Below are positions 1-16,745 of a DNA stretch of 64,000 nt, in pieces. Source of the stretch: Octopus vulgaris (lineage: Eukaryota); NCBI GenBank assembly GCA_951406725.2, contig OX597820.1, positions 40,610,001 through 40,674,000 of the forward strand, given 5' to 3'. The number at the start of each line of letters is the position of its first letter. The first letter of the stretch is position 1. Below the pieces are notes generated by a model, which was not told the DNA's origin, searched no databases, and saw nothing but the letters and a program-made list of their open reading frames with translations. The position numbers and the translations under genes are program-made.

Positions 1-189
1 TCGTGAAAAAAATACCACCAAAGCAACTTAAACCGTTCAAAGGACAGGTGCGTTTGCTCGTTTTAGTAAATAAATGAATTGACATAGTATAATGTCTAAA
101 AGTTGATGAAAACCACCTATTGATCTCCTCCATTTACTTATTACTCTATACATACATACATACATACATACATACATACACACATACGC

Positions 190-432
190 ACAGACATACA
201 CACACACACACATATATATTTGTGTCGGTGTGCTTGTTCTCCCCCACCCCATCGCCTGACAACCGATGTTGATGTGTTTACTTACGTCCTCGTAACTGAC
301 TGGCTCGGCAAAAGAGACCGTGAGAATAAGTATTGGGCTTACAAAGAATAAGTATTGGGGTCGATGTGTTCGACTAAAGGCAGTGTTCCAGCACGGCCGC
401 AGTCAAATGATTGAAATTAGTAAAAGAATAAT
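190..432 (+). mobile_element. 3' half of the SINE family that carries an internal microsatellite
   Basis: Matches the reverse complement of copies at 26098-26657 and 45088-45285 (gacaaccgatg...ggcaaaagagacc...aaagaataagt...gaaattagtaaaagaata). Confidence 0.65.
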
Positions 433-651
433 ACAGGGCGCGGGTGGTATTCGTTTGCAATTTTCAACTGCATATTTTTACTTTCGTTGTCGGTCCTCTC
501 CTTGAATGCGATAACCATATTTCCTTTATATTTTGGCAGAATAATTTGTTATTGAAAAATTTACCTTTTTTATGGTTGGTCTGCACCCAACGCTCAGTCG
601 AAATCTAAATCTACATCTAACTTGGGCAAGTGCACTATCGGCAGCTTTACT

Positions 652-857
<206 letters not shown>

Positions 858-1171
858 TGGCTTCAAATTTTGCCACCAGGACAACAATTTGTGGGGAGTG
901 GATGAGTCAAGAATATCTTTACTCTTTGTACTTACCACAACTGAACTTTCAGAGAAAGTTCGCTTTTCTTAACGTTATTGATTTTCTAACGATCATTACT
1001 CAGCTAAACTTTTAAAACTAGTTCAAATCTTTATTCTCAGTTTTTACATGTTTATTATAAACTGTATGCTATGTTTGGTATCAAAGGTTTTATTAATTAA
1101 AACAACACGAATACTATAGAAATATAATTATTTCTAATTCTTTCTAAAGAGGACTACGGCAGCGGTACTGA

Positions 1172-1614
1172 ATATTAATAGTTATCGCCAATCTAACATG
1201 GCAGCCCAGAAAAATAGGACGAATGCTACCGTTGATTACCTCCAAGAGGCCATCACCTCTAGCTAGCTATGTGACTCACAAACCTGAGTCCATTATAACC
1301 TTCGAACAGCGGAGGTCAGCAGCTTCCCCTTGCTGGTCTGGCACCCACAGACTAGTTTCGGGGTGGTTGCTTCTTATCAATGTGGAGTAGCCGAACCCAG
1401 CAGGCGTCGCTGCTGACCGACTGTTCCAAACTAGTCTGTAGATGCCAGACCAGCAAGGGGATGCTGCTGACCTCCCCTTTTCGAAGGTTATAATGGACAC
1501 AGGTTTGTGTGTCACATAGCTAGTTAGAGGATATGACCTCTTGGAGCTAATCAACAGCAGCATTCGTCCTATTTTTCTGGACTTCCATGTCAGCTTGGCG
1601 ATAACTATTAATAT
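1172..1614. mobile_element. Palindromic (foldback) element with a degenerate hammerhead, Penelope-like pLTR derivative
   Basis: Inverted arms of about 190 bp (atattaatagttatcgccaa ... ttggcgataactattaatat). The minus strand at 1345-1385 reads CCACA TTGATAA GAAG CAACCA CCCC GAAA CTAG TC TGTGG. Confidence 0.75.
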
Positions 1615-2027
1615 CATGAATACTGATTTGATTTTATCTGTTTTTGTTTTTTTTCCAAAACTTTTGTTTTCATTTACACTCCCTTAAAGCTTTTCCTTCA
1701 GCGTAGTTAGCTTCTAGTAGGTATTTTATTGTTTTCTATACATAGAGAACCCGAATTGTTTTTCTTTTTCTTCATAATGCCTTATTACTCGAATCATATC
1801 ATCGTTGTCTACTTCTAAGTACTTTTCTATACCTACTCTTATTACCTTGTAATTCTCTATTTTGAACGACGCGCTACCTCCCTGAGTGTAAGGTAGATGT
1901 TTCTCCGATCTATATCAGCTTTGATTAGTTCCTAATTTCCTTTGCTAGTGGTGGTGGTGGTAGCAGCAGCAGCAGCAGCAGTACTAGTAGAAGTAAAACT
2001 CTTTGTACCATCAGAAGTATCTCTCTT

Positions 2028-2294
2028 GGGGAGGCACATGGCCTAGTGGTTAGAGCAGCAGACCAGGTGATGTGTGTGTTTATGAGCGAAACACCTAAGC
2101 TTCACACGGCTCCGGCAGAAGATAATGGCGAACTTCTGCTGATTCTTTCGCCACAACTTTCTCTCACTCTTTCCTCCTGCATCTTGCAGCTCACCTGCGA
2201 CGGACTGGCGTCCCGTCCGGGTGAGGAACCTCTACGCCAAGGAAACCGGGAAACCGGCCCTTATGAGCCCGGCATGGTTTGAGAAGGAACAAAC
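2028..2294 (+). mobile_element. tRNA-derived SINE with B-box region deleted
   Basis: A-box-like tggcctagtggtt and an (aaac)n tail. 13-bp TSD aagtatctctctt at 2015-2027 and 2295-2307. Homologous to 9947-10242. Confidence 0.85.
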
Positions 2295-2974
2295 AAGTAT
2301 CTCTCTTAGCCGTGCCTATTTCTACCACATCGTCATCAATCTATGGATATAACTGACTTGAATCCTGAAGCTCACAGGGTCAACTACCAGTTTTCCATGG
2401 AGTATAATTGACCGAAACCACAACGTTTTTCCCTTATCAGGACCACTAGACCATCGCAGGGTTACTCATTTACAGGTGAGACGACTGGAGTATTGTGTGT
2501 AATGAAGTGTTTTGTTCAATGCACCGCTCATCCGGGAATCGAAACCACGATCTTGTGAACGCGAGTGTAACGAAAACGCTAGGCCATGAATGTACCTCCA
2601 GTAAATCATATGACATCACTAAATCACTGCGTTTTCTCAAAGCGTTCAGGTCAAGGTACCCCACGCCATCTTTTCTTTTTCTTCTACTTTTCCTTTAGTC
2701 ATACGTATTTTATTTATGTGAAAATCCAACACCGTTGGCTGCCTGTCAGCAGCTGAGGGTAAGGGTTAAATCGATCGATTATTGGCCAGATCTTTCTCTT
2801 CACAGCACACTGGCATACACACGATATGTCATAAATCTCTTTCCTCAAAATCATTTGGAGGTCGTTTGAGTTCATACTTTGACTGCCACCTAAAGTAGCA
2901 AATCATTGGCGGCAACATCAGCATCAGCAACAGCAACAACAGCCGTATCAGCAGCTGCAGGATCAGGGTCCCCT

Positions 2975-3019
<45 letters not shown>

Positions 3020-3221
3020 AGAATATTATGTGTATGTATATGTATGTACATAAGCTGGGATGAGTATACATACATAATGCATATATACATACATGCATAC
3101 ATACACATATATAACGTAATATTTATATACATGTGTATACAAATATACACATACACATATATATATATCTATAAATATATATATATATATACATATATAC
3201 ATGTATATATATATATATATA

Positions 3222-3257
<36 letters not shown>

Positions 3258-3497
3258 TGAGTGTGTGTGTATGTATATATGTATGTTCGTATATGTTTTT
3301 GCAAACTCATATATAAGGTCATTATTTTTGTTGCAAGTTTAATATTAACAAAGGATTTACTGACTGAGTGACCTTATGGTGAGAGCAGACTGAAATTTAT
3401 TGCGAAGATCAAGTTAACTACGCCTTCGTAATAATCTGCCCGTGAATATATTATGGGTATACACACACACACACACACATATGTATATATATAAATA

Positions 3498-3583
<86 letters not shown>

Positions 3584-3585
<2 letters not shown>

Positions 3586-3910
3586 GAGGCGCCCATTGGT
3601 TAGGGGAGCGGACTTGAGGTCGTAGGATCGCGGTTTCGATTCCCAGACCGGGCGTCGTGTTTATTGAGCGAAAATGCCTAAAGCTCCACCAAGTTCGAGC
3701 AGGTTGTTGTACTCTTTCACTACAACTTTCTCTCAGTATCTTTCTGCTTCTGTTGTACCTGTATTTCAAAGGGCCATCCTTGTCAAACTCTTTAAGGTTA
3801 CACGTATCTGTGGAGTGCTCACCCACTTGCACGCTAATTTCACGAGCAGGCTGTTCCGTTGGCCGGATCAACTGGAACCCTTGTCGTCGCAACCGACGGA
3901 GTGCCAAAAC
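3584..3910 (+). mobile_element. tRNA-derived SINE, variant subfamily
   Basis: tRNA-like head (tggttaggg...ggtttcgattccc). A related copy lies at 39510-39780. Confidence 0.7.
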
Positions 3911-3940
3911 TGTATATATGACAAAATTCCGTGCTGCATC

Positions 3941-4017
<77 letters not shown>

Positions 4018-4334
4018 CCACTATGTATATATATAAGCGTGCATGTATAAAACATATATTTGACTATATTTTTGAAATACATTTGTTTCGGGTTGCGCAA
4101 ATTGCAAATTAAACTGCTGCTCTACTTTCTTCTGCCATTGTTCATATCTTAAAATTTTAGAACCTCCATTAGGCGGTAGAATGAACTGAATTTATTTTTA
4201 AATGATGATCTCGTGGTGTAAGCACATTAAGAGGTAGGCTTCGCAAAATTTTAATACTATTTTCTGATCGAAATAATCTTCATATTGAAAATAAATTATT
4301 CAAAAGAGTCAGGAGCAAGCATCAACACTGATAA

Positions 4335-4540
4335 AATTTTCTCCTAATAGAACAAAGCCTGGAATTTTGTGAGAGAGGGCTATTTGATTACATCGAACCC
4401 AGAACGCAAATGGTACTTATTATATCGAATCCGAAAAGTAAAGTCGAACTCGGTGGAATTTGAACCCAGAATGCAAAGACGGAAGAAACACCGCTAATTA
4501 TTTTGTCCAGCGTGCAAAAGATTCTGCCAGTTTGCTGCTT
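4335..4540 (-). mobile_element. Nin/Deu-core SINE, diverged
   Basis: Similar to the family core aaagtcgacctcggcggaatttgaactcagaac. Confidence 0.65.
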
Positions 4541-4699
4541 TAACAACAATTCTAGTAATAAGACTTTCTTTGTCTGCCACAAAGGTTGCACGAAATCATT
4601 TAAGACAATAGAAAGACAAAGAACAGTAGGTAATTTCATAAATGTGTGTGAAATTACAAACAGACAATAACATTTACCAAGACAAATCTAACACGAAAT

Positions 4700-5460
4700 T
4701 CTCAAAACACGGGGTAGTAACACCCAGGAATATCCAAGGAACCTAACAGATCTTGGGTCTCACTGACGGTTAAGAGCACTACCGGGAGTCGTCCCGTTTC
4801 TATTCTTCTTCACCAGCCTGTAAATACAAGCTAGAACTAGATCCACTCACTCGAGTCATCCTCGCCATATTCACTCACATTTATTGGGAGAGGGCAGCAA
4901 CTCTTTCTCCAGCATCTCCTTCCAATTCCAAATGGAAGGAAAATGTTTATCTTCAATCTTTTCAATCTTTTCCTCCACTCAGCTTCTTTCGCCATAGCCA
5001 GTAGAATGAAGAAAGCTCCCTGCCCGCCGAAGCCTAAGGAAAGCAGCAAAACGATCTTCACAATGGAATTGGCTGATTATCGGATCCATCACAAATGCGG
5101 CTACAATTGTTCAACAGAAATCCACTAGTCAGCAATGCTCGGGCGCCGTACAAGTGCGAGCAGAATGATTTCGTCGTTCCTGTTGCATCTCATGCTTACC
5201 CGTCTGAAAGCACTACCATTCCTATAGAGGTTATGCTGCACTGGAAAATCCTCCACCTCATCTATAAGCCCTGTCAGGTCATGGATTTCTCGAAATTTTC
5301 CGTAGACTCTGGACCGAAAGCCTCAGGAAAAAAACAGTTTGTTGATTCTTTCCGACTCCCAGATTCTTCTCACCAAACATATTATCGCTCTTATACACCA
5401 TAAATCTTCAACTGAACACTATGGTGGAGCGTATACCGACTGTTGTACCATACAAGTAGA
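4700..5460 (-). mobile_element. Degraded 3' part of an L1/Tx1-like LINE
   Basis: GC-richer island. Minus-strand peptide FFILLAMAKEAEWRKRLK resembles L1/Tx1 ORF2 C-termini; many stops. Confidence 0.4.
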
Positions 5461-7857
5461 GAGCTGTGTGCGCCTAACGACACTTTAGGCACCGGCACCT
5501 TCGGTCTGCGCTCGATTTATACTACAACTCTTTGAAAGATACCAGCTATGGAAAAGTGAGTCTGACAGGCTGTGCTGACATCTGCTAATTGTTAGAAAAC
5601 AGTGGAGATATTGCAGTTTCATCATTAACCACAATATGCCCAGTCCTCAGCGTTGTGAGTTATTAACAGCAAATGCACCATCTGAGTAGCAGATCCCGTC
5701 TTCTCCATAGAAAATGAAAGAGTAAGTGCTCTAGTCTGGTCAGTCTTGAAACAAGGCAAGGCACAATAGTCAGATAATAGTAGAAGACACATGCTATACA
5801 GGCGCTATCAACCTCCACCCTATCCTTCAGGGTTAGTTCCGTCTCGGCCCAATGTGAGTGAGATTAGACTCCTTCATTATCACCTTGTTCCACTTCTTGT
5901 TCCTCTGAGTCCTGGAACAAGCTAAAAGCATATAACCTTGTACCTAGCTATAGAATAGATAACTTATTCGATTTATCCAATTACCTAATAGATTTCATCA
6001 GTAGTGATCAGACATGAAAAAGTACATTGATAATATTAGCAGAATCTCTTCTGTAAACTCTAACAAATATAATGATTTTCTAACTAAATATAATATGCTG
6101 CTTTGATAGTTTGAAATGTGAATTATACAGAAGATAATGATATTGCAGAAGGTATGAGTGAAATATGAACCAGAAAATAAACAGGAGAAATTCAAACATT
6201 AGTTTTTTTCATGGTGAATTTTAAATTGTTTGAGAAGATTGAAAACAAAATAACATTTTAGTTTAAATTGTTAATTTTGATATAGGTAGAGCGTTCGGAA
6301 TAAACAAGAACGATATACTTATACTAAAAACAGGGAAAATAATGTCAGTAGGCGGATAATGTTGCTTGACAGTGAAGTAGAAAATAATACTAAACATTTT
6401 TATGAATATTAGATTCGACTTGTTAAAATTCTATCAAAATCACTCTTTCATCTCAATCTCCCGATCTCTTCGTTTTCAGCACATCATCTTCTTAAAGTGT
6501 TTAAAAATACTACTATAGTGGGGTCTACTCCTCTCATCTGCCTTATTGCCTTCAACTTCCGAAACCACGCACTGATTACTGTTTTCAGCCCTTGCTTCCA
6601 AGAACGTTGACAATCTGTAAAGTCTTCTTTGTCTATGAAACTTCCAAATAAAATTTCATGACGAACAGAAACAATTTCACCGTTCTAGTTAAGCCTGTAA
6701 ATATCATGGGTATAATCTCTTCCTCCAAACACAGAAGTGATAAAAAAAAAAGTCCAATACTTTTTCCCCTTCTCTCACTTTATATCTGTAAAAAGAACCT
6801 GAAGGGTTAATAAAACCATGTCACTTGTGCAAGTTAGATCAGAACATGAAGAATTTACAGAAAGTAAGGTTTGAGTAGAAATTCTTGAACAGGAGTGGCA
6901 TTTAAACCACCATTAAACAAAGTTGATGCTCTTATCAAAGAGAGGTATAACATACAGTAAACCTTGAATTGCACTCAGTAAATGTTAAGCCGTCTATGAA
7001 AGGAGAAATGGATGAGGAATCTAGTAATGAGGGCACTGCTGATGTGACCACAAAGTATATAAATAACAGAGCTATGCTGAGTGTTGGAGAAGTATGTAAA
7101 ATAAGGAAACGTCCACAATGAAAAACATTTGATGGTTGTAGTGTACATAATAATGTCCTCGATGAATATTATACACGCTATATCGAGCCAACTCAGCCTC
7201 CTCTACTCTAAGAAAGCTAACAGATCCTCGAAGCTGATGGACATATATGACAGCCAGAAATGTAAAGATTCACACAATTGCACTAACAATTTTGTGTGCA
7301 TAAGGTTCAGTAATTTCGTCAATTCCCCTCTCCTTTGGCATTCGACGGCTCAAACTAAGATACACTAGTTAACAATTTTCTCCACTCAGCTTTTAGCAAA
7401 TAGAAAATAGGTCCGGAAACACTACTCGGAAAAAAATCTCAGACAACGGAATACTAGCTTTGGAAGACCAGATTCAAAAACAACAAACTGTCATTTTATC
7501 ACATGGAAATGCACCAAAGAAGAAATTAGTTTGCTCAACAACTCTCTGACTGAATGCTAATGCTAACGAATATATGTTATTAACCTATCTATCTATCACT
7601 CTCTATCCATATCGCACGCTCTCTTTCTTACTTTCTTTCTCTCGCCCTTTCTTTCTTTCTTACTCTCTCCCTTTCTCTCTCTCTCTCTCTCTATCTACCT
7701 ATCTCTCTGTCTGTCTATTTAACAGGCTTACCGAAAGTGTACTTACATCCAGTGCGCTATATATGCACACATATACATACATACATGCATACATATATAC
7801 ATACGTAGATGCAAATATGTACACACACACGTATATGTATATGTAGGAATATATTTA

Positions 7858-8067
<210 letters not shown>

Positions 8068-9096
8068 CATATATATATATATATGTAGAATAGATGAAAC
8101 CATAGCGACTGAAGAAGGGGTTTTTTCTATGTGTTAATTGTCCTGTTTTCTATTTTTTGTTGTTTAAAAAAATGTCCAGTTCCTTGTGTTTGTGTCTATG
8201 TTTTCGTTTCTCATTGTGTTCGACGTCTTTTTGGTGTCCTATACTCATATATGCGTGTATATGTACATGTAGAGGTAGGTAGGTACATATATGTTTATAT
8301 ATATGCATATGTTTTATTTATTAATATATATATATATTCACATCGTGGTAATTGCAATGCACTACATCACACAACATAAAATAAAACTTGACAGGAAAAA
8401 CAACAGCAAACAACTAATCCATCTTATATAGAATTCCCCGCAAAACTCGAAGATTAATTATGGAAGCCATATTAATAGCCCAAATACAACGCAAGAGTAT
8501 CAACGCACTTAACAATCTACACCTGTAACGCACACAGACACAGACACACACGCACACACACGCACGCACACGCACACACGCGCACACACACACACACACA
8601 CGCGCGTACAAATAAAATCGCCATGATTGCTGAAATAAAACTTGACTGAACAGTCAAACGGTCATAGCCGGAAATAGTGTCACCCCTAACAATTAGCCGA
8701 TCCCAGTACTGTTCACTACAATAAAAACGTATTAACAACTTGTCAGCAAGCATCATTTCAACCGGAAGATAATAGTTTCTAGAATCGTGGAGGGGTAAAA
8801 AAAAATTTAATATTCCAAAGCAAAGAAAAAGTAAATTTGCAAGTTATGGAAAAGAATATTTATAATTAATAATGTTAACAACGCATAGTCCTGTTCGCCA
8901 TCTTATGCAAAAAACACACTTATGTATGTAAGTATGTATGTATGTATGTATGTATGTATGTATGTATGTATGTATGTATGTATGAATGTATGTATGTATG
9001 TATGAATGTATGTATGTATGTATATAGATATATCTGTGTAAGCAAGTGTTTTTATATGTGTTTGTACAAATATGTATGTTTATAGATACGTATACA

Positions 9097-9140
<44 letters not shown>

Positions 9141-9144
<4 letters not shown>

Positions 9145-9395
9145 GGTGGAGAATTCACAAAAAAAGAAAATACGAAGAGAGGTAGTGTAGACAACAAGCA
9201 GATGTATTAGTATAACGCTCGGGAAGTGAAAAAGTCTTAAACATTTCGAGCCTATGCTCTTCCACAGAAAGGAACACAGAAAGAAACAAGGAGAGAAAAT
9301 AAAGAATGTGTAGTGGATAGCGATCTATCATGGCGAAGGCCGGAAAGAAGAGTCATACAGGATAGCTTGGGAGAAGGGGAGATAATAAAGTGGTG
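9141..9395 (-). mobile_element. Penelope-like pLTR fragment with a variant minimal hammerhead
   Basis: Minus strand at 9236-9271 reads cttt CTGTGGA a GAGC atag GCTC GAAA tgtttaag. Its 3' end abuts (TA)n. Homologous to 26373-26552. Confidence 0.6.
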
Positions 9396-9946
9396 GTGAT
9401 GCATGCATACATACATACATGAACATATATGAACACACACATACATAATGATTTCGTATAAGCATATCAAAAGCACATTCATGTATGCATATAGAATATG
9501 TGTGTCAGTGCATGTGCATATGTGTTTGTATGGCTATGTCCATGTATGTCTATATCTGTCGTTTAAAGTTCGACTCTCAGCTTCACCATCCAGTTACTTG
9601 TCGGGCAATTATATAGCTTTGATGCTATGTATGTTAAAATAACAATGAAATATTACGATGGATTAATATTGCAAAACGAAACGTTGGACAATGAAGCTGA
9701 AAGTTAACGTAATAGCTTTCGACTTGTTTCCGTTTAGGATCGCATGTCCCCTCCCGTTTGAGTCCTTAACGAACTAAAGTTTCGTGTCATAGGTTCTGAA
9801 GTGGTACGCAGGCCTGCTGTAGACCTATTGATAATTATTTGCTGATTATCATTGGAAAGTGACTTGTTAGTGAGTATTCTTAAATCTTACTTTTATCCTT
9901 GGGCTAGTGAATAGATAAGGCTCTAGAAAATGCCTTACAACATAAG

Positions 9947-10242
9947 TTTGTTGTTTGTTCTTTCTCAAGCCTGGCTCATAAGAGCCGGTTTCCCGGTCCC
10001 TTGGCGTATAGGTTCCCCACCTGGACGGGACGCGGTTCCGTCACAGGTTAGCTTCACGATGCAGGAGGAAAGAGTGAGAGAAAGTTGTGGCGAAAGAGTC
10101 AGCAGAAGTTCGCCATTACCTTCTGCCGGAGCCGCGTGGAGCTTGGGTGTTTTGCTCATAAACACACACATCGTCCGGTCTGAGATTCGACCCCACGATC
10201 CCTCGACCGCGAGTCCGCTTCTCTAACCACTAGGCTATGTGT
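9947..10242 (-). mobile_element. Full-length tRNA-derived SINE
   Basis: A/B-box-like head on the minus strand. 13-bp TSD cttacaacataag at 9934-9946 and 10243-10255. Confidence 0.88.
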
Positions 10243-11291
10243 CTTACAACATAAGATAGACACATGGCCAGCAATTTTGAGGGGAGCGGTTTAATCGATA
10301 ATACAAACTCCAATACGTGACTAATATTTCATATTATCGATCACCGAAGGATGAAAGACAATGCTGAACTCGGCAAATCTGGCGCTGGAGTCTTTAAAAT
10401 GAAAAGAAATGACACACTGCATAATGTATTTTTTCATATGAAAAATATTCACGGTGGTCACAGCTGTCATGCCTTTTATCCATAGTTATGATGGATTAGG
10501 GCTGACCTGGGATAAAGCATAACAACAGTAGTACACTAATACCGCTGCACCGATACTGAGGTAAATCATTTAAGCAACAGTTATATACTTATCAACAACA
10601 TTAAGAACAACAATAATAGCTAAAAAGCAGCGGCAACTTAAAACAACAACAAAAAGATCAGCAAAATCAACGATAAGAAAAGTAGCCGCAACCAGGACCA
10701 GACAAATAACGAAAGCCATTATTATGTTACCGGAACAAAGCTATGAACAAGGTGAACAAGAATAAATAGAAGAATAAGAAAAACAGCAATAATACACGAA
10801 GTTGAAAGGAGTAAGAAATAATCAATAACTGGACATTGTGTATGTTATCTAGAACAGATTTTAGGCAAAGTCAAAGGGTGATTGATGAAATGTCTCCTTG
10901 TTTGTACTTGCTACACTACAATAATTTAACGGAACCATACTCCGGGTTTAGATTTCAATCGAAGTTGATGAATGAATAGACAGAATAAAAGTTGCTGGAT
11001 TAGAGCGAGATTATTATTTGAAATGATTTCTGCTGAAGTAAACGAAGGTGTTTCTATGTGGTCGCTTGATCTGTTAGAAAAAGTAGCCAAAATCTCCTAA
11101 TGCGCAGTCAACTACTTTTAAAATTAAAAATAAAAGAAGCACACTAGATAATGTAGTCACAGATAAAACCTGTGCGCACCTGCCAAAGGCCATTAAAAAC
11201 ATGTTTATCGCAGATGAATTTCTTTTGATCATTAGTCAACCTTCTTTTCAATCCGGCTTCGTTTGAATCTAAGCGTCTACAACGATATGAG

Positions 11292-11510
11292 AGGCGACAA
11301 ACTGGCAGAATCGTTAGCACACTGGACGAAATGCTTAGTGATGTTTCGCCTGTCGCTACGTTCTGAGTTCAAATTTCGCCGAGGCCGACTTTGTCTTTCA
11401 TACTTTCGGGGTCGATGAAATAAGTACCAGTTGAGTATTGGGGCCGATGTAATCGACTAGTACTCTGCCCCCACATTTCAGGCCTTGTACCTATGGTAGA
11501 AAGTATTATT
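11292..11510 (+). mobile_element. Nin/Deu-core SINE
   Basis: tggcagaatcgttagc ... gagttcaaattt (A/B-box-like), then the gaggccgactttgtctttcat...gtcgatgaaataagtaccag core. Confidence 0.75.
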
Positions 11511-12909
11511 TGAGATCATTAAGTTAAAACCCACAGTTCGCAGTGACTAGTGGGTTGTCTGTGAAGACAAATCAAAGAAAGTAAGTTTGATCAATCAATT
11601 ACCCTCTGTTGATTTTTTTTAACGACTAAAACCCTTCAAGGTAGTGTCCCACCATTGTTGCTTTCTAATAACAAAAACAAGTAAAAGATAAGGAAACTTG
11701 AAAAGTGAGTTGATACGGTATGGTCCATTATAGAGATTTGATACGGTATGGTCCATTATAACTACGTTATATTATGAAGTCCTCGCCTTCTTAACTAAAT
11801 AATAATGTGGAGGTGACCTCTATTTCACACATATATAAAAGCGACACATGCTGAATAGGTTAGGAAATATAGACGGATACAAAATTAGCATCTGTATGGG
11901 TAAGATAATCTGTTAAAGCCTTCCTTCTTATTAGATTTTTCTTACAGAACATTGGGAAGCGGAGTTTGTTACACACCATTCAGTTAAAGAGCCTGCAGAA
12001 ATGCAAAATGTTGAGAACTACCGATCTAGGACTACAAAATCACCATCATATTTTCTTGATAGAATGATAGGGTTTGATGTCATGAAGATTTGATTGCTAT
12101 ACCTAGTAGATAGAAAACCTTGCGTAATTTTTGCTATTTTTTTTTGGCATGATTAAAATCTGGATCTGCGAAGACTTGTTGAGAGGGTCTACTTTGGTAA
12201 CATGGTAATAATTGTAATAGTAAGTGTAGGTGGGTTCATGGAGTACCAAGAAGCTAGATTAAGGAGCTATGATCACATTTCGAAATAACACATACTTCTA
12301 CAACTCAGACACACAAGAAGCATTCTTGGATTTACTTATTTTTGTCGCCTTCCTTTATGAATTTCATACACTGTGGTGGGGTGTTTTGGGTTTATTAACC
12401 CTTGCAGACAGCCCTCATGCCAATTTCTACAAGGACTTTGTTTGTATTGGCCTTCTACCTTGCTCTAGAGCATGGTTTTGGGTGCTCAAAGTTGCACTGC
12501 TCAGTTTGCAGGATAGGCCTTTTACCTTGCGCATATTTTAAAGTCACTTGGTTTCAACAAGACGTCAACGACAGCACAAAGGAGGAAAGGCAATCTTTCC
12601 TAGTAAGTGCTCTAGAGTTCTTTTCAAGACAGTCGGCGATCGAATGCATTGTCTCACTGTATCCATTGGCCCTGGCAGGCAAATTTAGTGGCTTTTCGTC
12701 CGTCTTCACGTTCTGATTTCGAATTCCACCGAGGTCGACTTTGCCTTTCATTCATTCCAAGTCGATGAAATGAGGACTAGTAGAGCCCTGAGGTCGCTGT
12801 AATCAACCACATGACTTACCCAAAAATTTCTGGATTTGTGTATACAGTAGAAATGATTATTAAATCTATTATATGCTACATTATTTAGAAGGAAATTTAT
12901 CTCCAGATA

Positions 12910-13990
12910 TTGTCACAATTCTCAGATCTCAAGAATCTCTTTTAGGTTTCTTGCAGAATACAGGATAACTTTTTGTTGCTGATGGACAGTGCGAGTCTCA
13001 ATTCCGATATCATTCAGCTCCTTAGGAGCAGTTTGGGTGTTGTACAAAGTGCACCAACTACCACAAGAACAACTGTCAAGTTAGTCTTCCACAGTCTCTT
13101 CATCTTTCTGGTTCGGTGCTGTTATTTTAAAATATTCTTAATTGCTTCAGTATCCACTCTATTGTCATGATGTTACAAAAGTATCTCATCTTACACTTTT
13201 TGGCATCTACAATCATATCTAGTTTTCTTGCTTCAATAGACGATCAGTTGTTAAAGGGAAGTCTCATAAAATCCTATAACTATTATCGTCTATAGCCTTT
13301 GGCTTCAGTTCATATCCCATTTGGGACCTAACATCCCAAAGCACGCTTTACAGACATTATCATTTCTGCACTTGTCCTTTTTTTTTTGTAGCTTACTGCA
13401 TTCATTTTAGAGATGGCTAATACTTTCTTCTCCTTTCCTACACACGTTACATTTCCTCTCTCACGGAGCTTTCTCAATTTTTGGTTGTATCAAATTTCTT
13501 CTAATAGCTTGTTCCTGAGTAGCTATAATTACCAATTCCAATTCTGGGCTTAGGTTTCCATATGTCAACTACAATCAACGCTCACAACTTCCAGCTTCCT
13601 TGGCTTGTTGCATAAATTGCTCATATATTCATTTTTTTTCCTGGCCATTTGTCTTGTCCTTCTTACTTTTTTGACTTCTCTTACTGGTTTTACAACTTTA
13701 TAGATATTTTTAGCTGCCGATACTTTTTACCAACAACATAATTTTTTTCAAATTCAAGATCGCAGTACTGATAGTGTCTTCTGCATTTAACACAGCCCTG
13801 TCAGCTCCTTTTCTTGCTAGGTATAGTCTTTCGGTATTACTTTTTGGGTAGTGTGCGTTATGCCTTGCGAGGTGTTTCCTAGTTCTATCTCAATAACGTA
13901 GCTCTGCCCTTACCCATTATAGAAAAGGACCATGGCCTATGTATTAATTGTGTTAATAATGTTCCATCCATCTGATTTTGTTGCTGATGT
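12910..13990 (-). mobile_element. Decayed R4/Dong-like RLE LINE 3' fragment
   Basis: Same motif order as 14229-15365 in reverse, heavily disrupted. Confidence 0.5.
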
Positions 13991-14183
13991 TCAAGTGGTC
14001 ATCATCGTCATCACCATTATCATTATTATTATCATCATTAATATTGATTGAGAGCAGCGCATGCTACCAAAGCCACATTGAGGTACAAACATACGAATCC
14101 CAATATACCCCCACGATTACTTGTCTGATAAGTGTATCACAGGCACATGCGTTACAACCATGTGTGTGCGACATGGTAATCTT

Positions 14184-16020
<1,837 letters not shown>

Positions 16021-16048
16021 ATTGCTCCCCCACTACTTCTGCTCGTGA

Positions 16049-16132
<84 letters not shown>

Positions 16133-16135
<3 letters not shown>

Positions 16136-16437
16136 TTCTCTTTCTCAAAGGTTTTGTTGGAGCTCCTGGAGTCTTGCAAGCGGTGCGGGCTTACTACCTG
16201 CAGCCTACGGTACCATGCTCTTCGTTATTTTCAGCTATTTAATACTTTGCTGATTATTCTGGCCGTACCAAGGAGGCAAATCTTTTGTACTAATTCTACT
16301 GGGCACTCTATTCTAGTTTCGTTTATATTCTCCTTGATGCTTTCTGATACTGTTCTCAAGGACCCAACAATAACTGGCACTATCTTCACCTTCTTCATTT
16401 TCCATAGAAGGGCTATTTCGTACTTAAGAGTGTAGTA

Positions 16438-16478
<41 letters not shown>

Positions 16479-16745
16479 ATCTATCTATCTATTTGTCTAT
16501 CATCTATCTATCTGGTCTTCTTCCTTGTTGACTAGTTGTGGGTCAAAGGGGCATGCACACATCAACTATGTAGCATATATGGTGCACCTTGTCGATCACC
16601 GCTAGGTCCAGTCTGTTATGCTCTAGTACCTGATTTGTTTGGATTGGGAAATCCCAGAGGTTTTTGCTAGTCTCCGACTCTGCCACTCCCTGCAGTCTGT
16701 GCTCATACCACGTCTTGCCTCTCTCTTACCCCCACTTTTTACCAC
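16133..16745 (-). mobile_element. R4/Dong-like LINE 3' fragment
   Basis: Minus strand encodes VPVIVGSL...ICLLGTARIISKVL and ends at a TTA tract. Confidence 0.7.

Noticed and set aside
8085-8300. ctgaaga motif in a TA-associated segment
   Set aside because: No stem II or GAAA in the correct order.
11709-11760. 23-bp direct duplication ttgatacggtatggtccattata
   Set aside because: Simple local duplication with no further structure.
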